64,000 nucleotides of DNA, from NCBI GenBank assembly GCA_002428525.1, contig DIWU01000030.1, positions 42,009 to 106,008 of the forward strand. The letters are read 5' to 3'. Position 1 is the first letter of the stretch. Each line of letters starts with the position of its first letter. This document shows positions 19,039-26,832 of the stretch, piece by piece. Position numbers and translations under genes: made by a program. The notes under the pieces are model-generated. The model did no database searches. It had not been told where the DNA came from and was given only the letters and a program-made list of their open reading frames with translations. The stretch comes from a bacterium UBP14_UBA6098 (GTDB taxonomy: Bacteria > UBP14 > UBA6098).

Positions 19039-20460
19039 ATGATGCCAAAATCCCGCGCGGCCGAATGGGTCGAGAGGACCCTTTTAGCCGCTAAACTCGC
19101 CGTCCGAAAGGATTTCAAGGACGAGATCGCCAAACGGATCGACTATTACAACGATAGGCAGATCCCCTATCTGCTCGAGCTCCTCGAACAAAAATACCGC
19201 GATGCCGACGCCCTCGCGCTCGAGCCCGAGTTCGTCAATGTCATCAAGACCATCGTCGATGGAACCGCGCTGGTCTATCGCTCAGGCGCGGCGCGAGTCC
19301 TGACCGGCGGCTCCGGCGAGGTTTCGCCGGAGGAGAAAGCCCTTTGGGACTGGCTGATGTCCGCCTCGAATTACGAGGCGACGATGAAAACCGTCCACCG
19401 CATGGTCAAACTCTGCCGAACCGTGCTTGTCAAACCCTCATTCCGCGGCGGCCGAATCAAGTTCGATATACTGACCCCGGATCAGGTCGATATCGTCCAA
19501 GACCCGGAAGACCCGACCGAGGCGAGCGCGATTATATACACCCGCCCCCGCGCCGAGACGCTCTGCGCCGACGAGCTCGAGTTTCACTACTGGGACGCGG
19601 CGTCCTACCGCCGCTTCACCGCCGACGGCGTCATCCTCCGAAGCCCGAACAACCCAGAGGGCCTCAACCCCTACGGCGTTCTGCCCTTCGTTCGCTTCAC
19701 CGAAACGCTCCCGCTGTCGAGCTTCTTCGTCGATGCCGGCGAGGACCTCACAGTCGTGCAGGACGCAATCAACCTCAAGCTGGTTCAGCTGAACCATCTG
19801 CTGAAGATGCAGTCCTTCAGCGTGCCGGTGCTCATCGGCTACGACGGCAAGGAGAAGGTTGTCGTCGCGCCCGGGCGGCCGATATGCATCCCCCTCGGCC
19901 AGATCGGCGAGGGCAAGCCCGACTTCAAGTTCGTCTCACCGAACCCGGCAATCTCCGAGTGCCTCGAAGCGATCCGCGAGTCGATCGCGCGGCTCTCGAA
20001 CAGCTATCACATCAGCTCCGCGAGCTACTCTATCAGCGGAAGCCAAAAGAGCGGCTTCGCGCTGGTGATGGAGAACCTCGCCCTTTTCGAGGATCGCCAG
20101 AATGCAGTGCCCTTCTATGAGGACGCCGAGGAGCGGATGTTTGACCTTGTCAAGCAGATTTGGAACACGCACAGCGGCTCGCTTCCGGCCTCGCATCCCT
20201 TCGCGGGAAAGGTCTTCAGCCCGGCAACGCGCCTCTCCGTGACTATCCACGAAGCAAGACTCCCCCAGTCCGCCTCCGATGAGGCCGACGAATGGAAGTT
20301 CCTTATCGAAAACGGCATGGCAACGCCCATCGATTATATGATGATACGTTTTCAGATGACGCGCGAAGAGGCCGAGGCGAAATTCCGCGAGAACCTGCAA
20401 TGGCGCGAGGCAATCGCTTCGACACAAAACATTGACAAATCTCAGGAGGAGACCGAATGA
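19039..20460 (+). CDS. putative phage portal protein
   Basis: 473 aa acidic protein immediately after TerL and before a scaffold-like gene (conserved head-module order). No motif-level proof. Confidence 0.5.
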   Translation: MMPKSRAAEWVERTLLAAKLAVRKDFKDEIAKRIDYYNDRQIPYLLELLEQKYRDADALALEPEFVNVIKTIVDGTALVYRSGAARVLTGGSGEVSPEEKALWDWLMSASNYEATMKTVHRMVKLCRTVLVKPSFRGGRIKFDILTPDQVDIVQDPEDPTEASAIIYTRPRAETLCADELEFHYWDAASYRRFTADGVILRSPNNPEGLNPYGVLPFVRFTETLPLSSFFVDAGEDLTVVQDAINLKLVQLNHLLKMQSFSVPVLIGYDGKEKVVVAPGRPICIPLGQIGEGKPDFKFVSPNPAISECLEAIRESIARLSNSYHISSASYSISGSQKSGFALVMENLALFEDRQNAVPFYEDAEERMFDLVKQIWNTHSGSLPASHPFAGKVFSPATRLSVTIHEARLPQSASDEADEWKFLIENGMATPIDYMMIRFQMTREEAEAKFRENLQWREAIASTQNIDKSQEETE

Positions 20461-20951
20461 ACGAAGCCTTCGACACCCAAGATGACGATCAGATAATCGA
20501 CCAGCTTGCGGCCAATCCGCAGGACATCGCAAAGCTACTCGCCGCTAAGCGCAAGGCCAATGCCGAGGCCAAGCTCTTCCGCGAGCGCCTCGAGACCGCC
20601 GAGGAGGCCCTCAAAGAACGCGAAACCCTCTCCTCTGAAGTCGAGCGGCTTCGCGCGCGCGGCCTTCGCGACGCCTTCTTCATCGAGGCCCTGCAAGAGC
20701 GAATCAAGCCCAACCGCCTCGAAGCCGCCTTCAAGATCGCGGATTTAGACCTCACCGCGGAGGATCCCGCCACCACTGCCAAGGCCGCCCTCGGAAGGCT
20801 CAAGGAGGGCTTCCCCGAACTCTTCGCCGAGACGCCCCCGCCACCGGAGGTTGACAACGCGGGCTTCTCCCGCGCAAAGCCCGATCCGCTTACCGCCGCA
20901 AAGGCCTCCGGAAACACGATGGCCATGCTGAAGGCCCTTCGCTCGCAGTAA
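20457..20951 (+). CDS. putative phage scaffolding protein
   Basis: 164 aa, highly charged Ala/Glu/Arg/Lys-rich predicted coiled coil. Its start overlaps the portal stop (ATGA). Position between portal and capsid-like gene. Confidence 0.35.
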   Translation: MNEAFDTQDDDQIIDQLAANPQDIAKLLAAKRKANAEAKLFRERLETAEEALKERETLSSEVERLRARGLRDAFFIEALQERIKPNRLEAAFKIADLDLTAEDPATTAKAALGRLKEGFPELFAETPPPPEVDNAGFSRAKPDPLTAAKASGNTMAMLKALRSQ

Positions 20952-20965
20952 AACTACCCGCCCTC

Positions 20966-21109
20966 CCGTGGCGTCGGGATTTCTGCGCTCTCGGGAAAGC
21001 TCGCTTTCCCCGAGAGCCCAGAAATCGCCGGCCGGCCGGGCAAAAACACCGTTAATTCGGACATCGCCGCTCCGGCCGGACGGCCCGCGCATGCGCGGCC
21101 GACGCCCCC
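20966..21109. repeat. copy A of the GGGGGCGTCGG-TIR hairpin-rich element (MITE/REP-like), upstream of the capsid-like gene
   Basis: Left end ccgtgGCGTCGG (degenerate TIR), right end CCGACGCCCCC 21099-21109. Internal perfect palindrome gatttctgcgctctcgggaaagc / gctttccccgagagc.cagaaatc and a gcgcatgcgc palindrome. ~85% identical to copy B. Confidence 0.6.
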
Positions 21110-21150
21110 GGAAAGCGCCGTTCAACTAAAAAACCAACCGAAAGGAACAA

Positions 21151-22284
21151 ATGAACACATCATACGACTTCGCGAACCTCAAGCGCGACCTTGGGGAAAC
21201 CTTCGAGACGCTGTCAAAGGGCAGACACAACCTATTGTCGGTCATCCCGATTGTCGGGCAGGCCAAGAACTACAAGCACGAGTGGCTCGAGGATGTCATC
21301 GAGCCGACTATCGACGCCCTCGACGGCGCGGTCCTCGACACTGACCTTACTATCGATGTTGACAACGGCTCGAAGTTCGCGGTGGGCGACATCCTCGCCT
21401 TCGACGGCTATGACGAGGTCGTCCGCGTGACGGCAATCACCGACGACGCTCTGACGGTCTCCCGCGCCTATGGCGGCACCTCGGCGGTCGGCATGGCCGA
21501 TGACACCGTCGTCCGCGTCGTTTCGCGCCCCCGTTCGGAGGGAAGCGATCCGGGCTTCGACGCCGTAGCCGAGCCCTCGAGCGAGTTCAACTTCACGCAG
21601 ATTTTCGACCGGACGGCCAAGGTCTCGAAGTCCGCTGTAGCGGCCGAGCACCTCGCGATCGACGATCTCGTCGATTTCCATGTCAAGCACCACCTCGAGC
21701 TACTTCAGATCGAGATGAACGCCGCGGCGATCTACGGCCGCCGCTACGCCAACACCTCCGACGCCTCGATTCCGCGGACAATGGGCGGCATCCTCTACTT
21801 CCTCGATCAGGCCGGCGGGAATGTCATCGACAATTCCGCCGCGGCGCTTTCCGCCGAGGACCTGAACGACCTCATCGAGATGATCGCCGCAGATGGCGGC
21901 AGGCCGGACCTTCTCGTCTGCAACACGATTCAGGCGCGCGCTATCTCGGCCTTCAATGCCGAGTCCGGCTCGGCGCCCATTGTCAGAACCACTTGGTCGG
22001 ATGAGCGCACCGGCGGCGCGGTTTACGAGTTCGTCGGCGACCTGCCGCTCGGCATGGTCGAACGAATCGTCGTCGATACCGCCTTCCCGCAGGACAAGAT
22101 CGCCCTGCTCGACTCGTCGAAGCTCGCACTCGTGCCGCTCCGCGGGCGCGCCTTCCGCGACCTGCCCGCGACGCCCTCCGAGGCCTCGGACTACATCGCC
22201 CGCAGGATTATCGGCGAATACACCCTCGAGGTCAGAAACGCCGCCTTCGCGCACGGCCTCCTCAAGAACCTCGCTGTGAGCTAA
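21151..22284 (+). CDS. putative phage major capsid protein
   Basis: 377 aa, strong RBS, follows the scaffold-like gene. Size and position fit an HK97-fold major capsid protein. No direct motif confirmation. Confidence 0.45.
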   Translation: MNTSYDFANLKRDLGETFETLSKGRHNLLSVIPIVGQAKNYKHEWLEDVIEPTIDALDGAVLDTDLTIDVDNGSKFAVGDILAFDGYDEVVRVTAITDDALTVSRAYGGTSAVGMADDTVVRVVSRPRSEGSDPGFDAVAEPSSEFNFTQIFDRTAKVSKSAVAAEHLAIDDLVDFHVKHHLELLQIEMNAAAIYGRRYANTSDASIPRTMGGILYFLDQAGGNVIDNSAAALSAEDLNDLIEMIAADGGRPDLLVCNTIQARAISAFNAESGSAPIVRTTWSDERTGGAVYEFVGDLPLGMVERIVVDTAFPQDKIALLDSSKLALVPLRGRAFRDLPATPSEASDYIARRIIGEYTLEVRNAAFAHGLLKNLAVS

Positions 22285-22294
22285 GACTCCCCCC

Positions 22295-22437
22295 GGGGGC
22301 GTCGGGATTCCTGCGCTCTCGGGAAAGCGAGCTTTTCCGAGAGCGCAGAAATCGCCGGCCGGCCGGGCGAAAATCTCGCTCGATTCGGCCATCTCTGCTC
22401 CGGCCGGACGGCCCGCGCATGCGCGGCCGACGCCCCC
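22295..22437. repeat. copy B of the GGGGGCGTCGG-TIR hairpin-rich element, downstream of the capsid-like gene
   Basis: Perfect 11-bp TIRs GGGGGCGTCGG (22295-22305) and CCGACGCCCCC (22427-22437). Same internal palindromes as copy A, but the central loop is the reverse complement (gcgagc vs gctcgc). Confidence 0.6.
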
Positions 22438-22464
22438 TTGGCGTTCAACCGAAAAACACTTTGA

Positions 22465-22848
22465 ATGGAGAAAAAAATGGACTGGGAGAACTCGGTTTTA
22501 TTTGACATCAACGATTTGTATGACTTCGAGCCGGAGGTTTTGGAGTCGCTCGACCGCATCGACCGGCGCACAGCAGTTCGCGGGGTTTTGGCCTCGCGGA
22601 TTCGCAGGGCCTACAGCGGCCTCGGCGCGACGGACATTCTATCGCGGATAAAGAACCCCGAAGTTTTGCGCGAACCTTCGATTTTCCTCAACCTCTCGCT
22701 GGTTTTCAACGCCAATTCCACAATCGGCGGGATTTACGCGCAGAAGGCCTCGGACTATTCGGAGCGTTTCGAGGCCTCGATTCGCTCGGCGCTCGCCCTT
22801 CTCGAATTCGAGGGGCTGGAGAAGACCGGCGTCTTGATTGTCCGCTAA
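22465..22848 (+). CDS. hypothetical phage-cluster protein (127 aa)
   Basis: ORF with an AGGAG-like RBS directly after element B, co-oriented with the head genes. Candidate head-completion or connector protein by position only. Confidence 0.4.
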   Translation: MEKKMDWENSVLFDINDLYDFEPEVLESLDRIDRRTAVRGVLASRIRRAYSGLGATDILSRIKNPEVLREPSIFLNLSLVFNANSTIGGIYAQKASDYSERFEASIRSALALLEFEGLEKTGVLIVR

Positions 22849-22870
22849 CCCTTATTCAGAAAGGATTCCT

Positions 22871-23332
22871 ATGGAAAAATTGAATATCGACCGCGCTTTG
22901 GACGAGATTATATCCGGCTTCGGCGCACTCGACGACAGGAATAACAAGCTCGTCCAATCCTCGATTCGCGGATTTCGCCGTATGAGGGACATCGCCGTCT
23001 CGGAATACCCGATCGCTATGACCGGCCTCGTTTCGGCGGAAATTGGCCCGCAGGAGCATTTCTGCGAAGCGCTATCGGTTTTCCTGACCCGTGGTCGCGA
23101 GGCCGCCGAAAATTCGGCAAACCTCCGCGCCGCCCTTGTAGATCGCCTCTCCGAGGGTTGGGCGGATTTCGACATAACAAACATCGTCATCGGCGAGCTG
23201 TTCCCCGGTTTCACAGAGTCGGCCGAATCGGACGCCCTGCCCGAGGGGGCCTATCTCGCCTCATGGCTCGGAATCGAGCGGCCGATAGAGGGCTTTTATT
23301 TGGCATTCAACATCGCGCTGGACGCGGAATAG
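22871..23332 (+). CDS. hypothetical phage-cluster protein (~153 aa)
   Basis: The ORF track starts at 22838. The ATG at 22871 (MEKLNIDRAL) follows AGGATTCC and is the likelier start. No motifs. Confidence 0.4.
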   Translation: MEKLNIDRALDEIISGFGALDDRNNKLVQSSIRGFRRMRDIAVSEYPIAMTGLVSAEIGPQEHFCEALSVFLTRGREAAENSANLRAALVDRLSEGWADFDITNIVIGELFPGFTESAESDALPEGAYLASWLGIERPIEGFYLAFNIALDAE

Positions 23333-23341
23333 GAGATCAAA

Positions 23342-23650
23342 GTGAAATATTCCATATTAGTCTTCATGCTCGCGATCTCGCTCGTGGCATTTTGGGTCGA
23401 GATTCCCGCCGATTCGGCGCGCACACTCTCCGCCCCCGACTCGACAGGCACCTTCCCGATCGACTCGACAGCCGTTTTCGTTTCCGATACCTCGCTGAAC
23501 GGACTTGTCCGCCCCGCGGTAATTATCTCTTTCTCGAAAGGCATCCCGTATCTGCTCCAAGAACTGGGCTATTGCGCGCCTCCGGACTCTTCGCGCCGCT
23601 TTTTCGCCCTTTGCTCGGAGGCCGAAAGGTGGTTCCAATGGCAAGAATAA
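23342..23650 (+). CDS. small secreted/membrane-anchored hypothetical protein (102 aa, GTG start)
   Basis: N-terminal hydrophobic segment ILVFMLAISLVAFWV. Overlaps the next gene's start by 13 nt. Confidence 0.35.
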   Translation: MKYSILVFMLAISLVAFWVEIPADSARTLSAPDSTGTFPIDSTAVFVSDTSLNGLVRPAVIISFSKGIPYLLQELGYCAPPDSSRRFFALCSEAERWFQWQE

Positions 23651-24900
23651 TCGCACTGCTCTTAATTGTCGCTTCCTGTTTTTCAGCGACATACTGGATT
23701 CATTCATCTCTCGGAAACGACGCGTGGCCGGGCACTTCGCCGGATTCGGCCTTCGCGAGCCTCGGCGCCGCCACCGCCTTAATGACACAATGCGATTTCG
23801 CCTTCGCTTGCGGTTCGTTCAACGAATCCCTTACGCTCTCGAATAACAAGCACGAGGGTTGCACGTTCGCCGCATGGCCGGACAGCGCTGACTGGCTCAT
23901 CGACGGCGATTCACTTCGCACTTGCGCCATTGTCGGCGATTATTGCGGCCAACCCAATGAATTAGCCGTATCTTTTTACAATTTAATTGCAGTATATCCT
24001 GCCAATTATAGCATTATGTTAGGTGAATCCAGTTCCGGCTTCTTCAAGAATTGCTCTATAACCTCATACTCAGCCGGAATCTATACGAATCATTCACAAC
24101 TGGTGATGGATTCTTGTTCCGTTTATGCTGAAACATATTGCATCTTCTTGAATGGAAATCTGGCAACAATAACCAATTCATCATTGACATCTGTTTCCGA
24201 TTATTGCATCAAGGAAACTAACAACCCCTCGACACTGATCTCGACCGGAAATATCTTCCAAGGTTACGGCGGAATATACTGCTACAACGGCCTCGCCGCG
24301 AGGCATTACAGCGATATCTTCAGAGTTTCCACTCGAGCGATCTATGCCTATCGTAATTCACCTCAATACTTCGAACTTGTCAAATGCCTCTTCGTTGGCG
24401 GTGAATTCGGCCTCAGTTCGACCTATTACAACGCCACTCAACCCTTCTTCTCCATTGTCAACTGTTGCTTCGATTCTATTGATAATGCCCTCAGCTTCGT
24501 CGGACTTCGGGGAGCTGTAAATATAATCAATACTATTTTCATAAATTGTAACAAGGCGATCGATTCACCGGATCTCATCAATGCCGCTGGCCTCGTCATC
24601 CATTCATGTGGCACAGATACAACAGGCCTCAAGCAAACGATATCCTACCATAGCTTCGACCCCGAACTCGATTTTATGAAGATCGCTCGATCGGATAGCT
24701 GTAAATATATCGGAGTGAGTTCCGCCTTCGGTCTCGATGCACCTGTTTACGACGATCTCGGTCATACCTTCTTCGATTCCGCCGGACAAACCGCAATAGG
24801 CTGGAGAAGCCCATATTCCGTGTATCTGTGGAGTTGCCCCGACATCCCTTCAAATCAAAACAAATGGGGGATCAATTCCCCCGGAAAGAGAATTAAATGA
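23638..24900 (+). CDS. secreted Cys/Asn/Ser-rich beta-helix-like protein (420 aa); candidate receptor-binding or tail-spike-like protein
   Basis: The ATG at 23638 (MARIIALLLIVASCFSATYW, signal-peptide-like) follows an AAGGTGG RBS. The ORF-track 5' extension (23158-23637) overlaps two other genes and looks like non-coding read-through. Repetitive N..S/T and Cys-containing short beta-strand repeats (NCSITSYSAGIYTNHSQLVMDSCSVYAETYCIFLNGNLATITNSSL). GC drops sharply from ~23900. Confidence 0.5.
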   Translation: MARIIALLLIVASCFSATYWIHSSLGNDAWPGTSPDSAFASLGAATALMTQCDFAFACGSFNESLTLSNNKHEGCTFAAWPDSADWLIDGDSLRTCAIVGDYCGQPNELAVSFYNLIAVYPANYSIMLGESSSGFFKNCSITSYSAGIYTNHSQLVMDSCSVYAETYCIFLNGNLATITNSSLTSVSDYCIKETNNPSTLISTGNIFQGYGGIYCYNGLAARHYSDIFRVSTRAIYAYRNSPQYFELVKCLFVGGEFGLSSTYYNATQPFFSIVNCCFDSIDNALSFVGLRGAVNIINTIFINCNKAIDSPDLINAAGLVIHSCGTDTTGLKQTISYHSFDPELDFMKIARSDSCKYIGVSSAFGLDAPVYDDLGHTFFDSAGQTAIGWRSPYSVYLWSCPDIPSNQNKWGINSPGKRIK

Positions 24901-25658
24901 AATATTTAGTTTTTTTACTGTTTTTCGTTGCGGCAGTCTTCGGATTTATATATCCAATAACTGTCGATCTCGTGGGGTCTGATGGGCGAACTGTCGCGGC
25001 CGATTCAGCCTTCTGCACAGTCCTCGCAAATAGCGAAACACTCCTCACGCCGACCCGTATGTCATCTGTCGCTCGATCGACTACCATCGACTTCGATTTT
25101 CCCGAAACCTTGTGGTTCGCAACAGCGATCATTTCCGCTTTCTGGGAGGATACGCTTTTCGATACTGTAGCATTTACTATACCATCAGCCACAAACCCCT
25201 TTATGTTGACATCCATGCTATCCAATACACTCTCGGAAGCCCATGGTTCCGGTTTATGGCAATCTAAAGCAATACTCCCATTCTTGTTGACAATGGAAGA
25301 GAATGAGATTGTTGCTACGTTATCAGGGAGTTCCTCAAGGCCTATCTCTGTAATCAGAGGTGATAGTAAATGTGTGGATATTTATCTTGTCGATTCTTCA
25401 GGCGAAGCCATTGATATTACCGGTGCATCTGCCGTCTTCACAGTAAAGCAACGAGCAAGCGATATTACTGCGTATATCGTTGACACGCTCGAACTCATAG
25501 AGCCGGCAGAGGGTTTTCTCCGACTCGATCTAAATCCGCTACAAACATCGATCGTTCCTCAGAGCTATTCGGCAGATATTCAACTTTCTTTCCCAGATAG
25601 CTCAATTGCAACGGTTTGGCAAAATCGTTTCATTGTCCAATGGGATGTAACCCGCTAA
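24897..25658 (+). CDS. secreted hypothetical protein with Ig-like C-terminal region (253 aa)
   Basis: N-terminal signal/anchor MKYLVFLLFFVAAVFGF. Its start overlaps the previous stop (ATGA). Low-GC coding sequence. Confidence 0.45.
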   Translation: MKYLVFLLFFVAAVFGFIYPITVDLVGSDGRTVAADSAFCTVLANSETLLTPTRMSSVARSTTIDFDFPETLWFATAIISAFWEDTLFDTVAFTIPSATNPFMLTSMLSNTLSEAHGSGLWQSKAILPFLLTMEENEIVATLSGSSSRPISVIRGDSKCVDIYLVDSSGEAIDITGASAVFTVKQRASDITAYIVDTLELIEPAEGFLRLDLNPLQTSIVPQSYSADIQLSFPDSSIATVWQNRFIVQWDVTR

Positions 25659-25673
25659 CAAACAGGATTGATC

Positions 25674-25910
25674 ATGTCCGACGAATATCGCAATATCTTT
25701 TGGAAACTCGCGCCAATCGCCCTTTCCGTCTTTCTCGCACTAATCGGAATCGTCTGGGGAATGACATACGCCGAACTTCATTCACGAGTTAACCGTATGG
25801 ACGACATAATCTTAACACAAAAGGAGGCTATTGTTCGCATCGAAGCAAAACTCGATATAATCCTCGAAAGCAATGTCAACCGAAAGGAATTACAATGCAA
25901 AACGTATTAA
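25674..25910 (+). CDS. small single-TM protein, holin-like (78 aa)
   Basis: One hydrophobic helix (LAPIALSVFLALIGIVWGM) followed by a charged tail. ATG at 25674 with an AGGA RBS; the ORF track starts at a TTG at 25668. Lies immediately upstream of a second small TM protein and a lysin. Confidence 0.4.
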   Translation: MSDEYRNIFWKLAPIALSVFLALIGIVWGMTYAELHSRVNRMDDIILTQKEAIVRIEAKLDIILESNVNRKELQCKTY

Positions 25911-26230
25911 CAGCAATCTTAATTAAGGCAATTATACCACTAATTCTCGTCGGAATTGGTTTTTTAGCCGCCAAGTATCTAAAGCCATGGCTCAACCAAA
26001 ACTCCGATCGAATGATCCGCGCGAACGAGATAGCACTTATCGCCGACAGAATCACCGACGAGTTTCTTCTGCTCGCACCGAGTGCCCACTGGAGCGAATG
26101 GATCGATGAGGCTGTCGATCGCTTGATCCTCGCCTGCGGCCTCACCGATGCCGACGAGGCCTCGGCATTAGCACATCGAGAGATAGCTAGCCAGATTATG
26201 AAGAAAAACCTTGCAGGAATTGCAAAATAG
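25895..26230 (+). CDS. small membrane protein, holin/antiholin-like (111 aa)
   Basis: N-terminal TM helix AIIPLILVGIGFLAA. Overlaps the upstream gene by 16 nt and abuts the lysin gene. Confidence 0.4.
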   Translation: MQNVLTAILIKAIIPLILVGIGFLAAKYLKPWLNQNSDRMIRANEIALIADRITDEFLLLAPSAHWSEWIDEAVDRLILACGLTDADEASALAHREIASQIMKKNLAGIAK

Positions 26231-26832
26231 TGCAGTTGCGACAATACTACAATATTGGCGCTTATTATATCATGAAAATAATAGAATATTTGGATGATTT
26301 CAAATATGCAACTGCAAATCTATGGCCAAAACAGGTTGAGAAAGATGAAAACTTCTTTATCTGGTTCGTCGCTCAAGCTATGGCTGAAAGCTCTCTCAAC
26401 CCTCACGCGGTCTCGAGGGTAGGCGCTTGCGGACTGATGCAGATCATGCCGAAAACATGGCACGATATTCGCCTCTATCTGCCGTATCTTAACGAAGATA
26501 TCTTCGATCCGGCCTCGAATATCGAGGGTGGAATCTGGTATGTTCGCTGGTGCTTCGACCGTTTTCAGTTCGTGCGTGACTTTAATGATAGGTTTAAAAT
26601 CGCGCTGTCGTCCTACAACTGTGGGCCTTCGCGGATTCGCAGGTTGTTAGAGCCGTTTGACAATCCAACCTATTTAGCGCTCGAACCCCAGCTCCCTCGC
26701 GAGACCTCGTTTTATATCGAGCGAATAGTTAAATTCCACGATGTATTGCTTAACAATATCAAGCTCGAAATCGAGAATGAAATCAGTCCCGAAGCAGGCT
26801 CTCGGCCGTCTGAGCGACATTCTGCGCAGTGA
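26230..26832 (+). CDS. phage-type lytic transglycosylase (SLT domain) endolysin
   Basis: [26 protein letters not shown] contains the SLT catalytic Glu-Ser and GLMQ motifs. The start is either the GTG at 26230 (overlapping the previous stop) or the ATG at 26272. Its 3' end overlaps the convergent tkt 3' end by 50 nt. Confidence 0.75.
   Translation: MQLRQYYNIGAYYIMKIIEYLDDFKYATANLWPKQVEKDENFFIWFVAQAMAESSLNPHAVSRVGACGLMQIMPKTWHDIRLYLPYLNEDIFDPASNIEGGIWYVRWCFDRFQFVRDFNDRFKIALSSYNCGPSRIRRLLEPFDNPTYLALEPQLPRETSFYIERIVKFHDVLLNNIKLEIENEISPEAGSRPSERHSAQ

Noticed and set aside
19344-20120. 258-aa Arg/Pro-rich ORF within the portal gene on the same strand
   Set aside because: Alternate frame of a high-GC gene with extreme Arg/Pro bias. 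The portal frame is continuous and starts with a good RBS.
20966-22437. Possibility that the repeated GC-rich palindromic elements are a CRISPR array
   Set aside because: Only two nearby copies, separated by a 1.2-kb gene; no regular short repeat-spacer periodicity. The copies are 140+ bp with terminal inverted repeats, not 25-40 bp direct repeats.
23158-23637. 5' extension of the long ORF 23158-24900 (MGGFRHNKHRHRRAVPRF...), which would make a 580-aa protein
   Set aside because: The Arg/His-rich extension is typical of out-of-frame translation of GC-rich DNA. It overlaps two well-formed genes (22871-23332, 23342-23650) in other frames. The in-frame ATG at 23638 has an AAGGTGG RBS and starts a plausible signal peptide.
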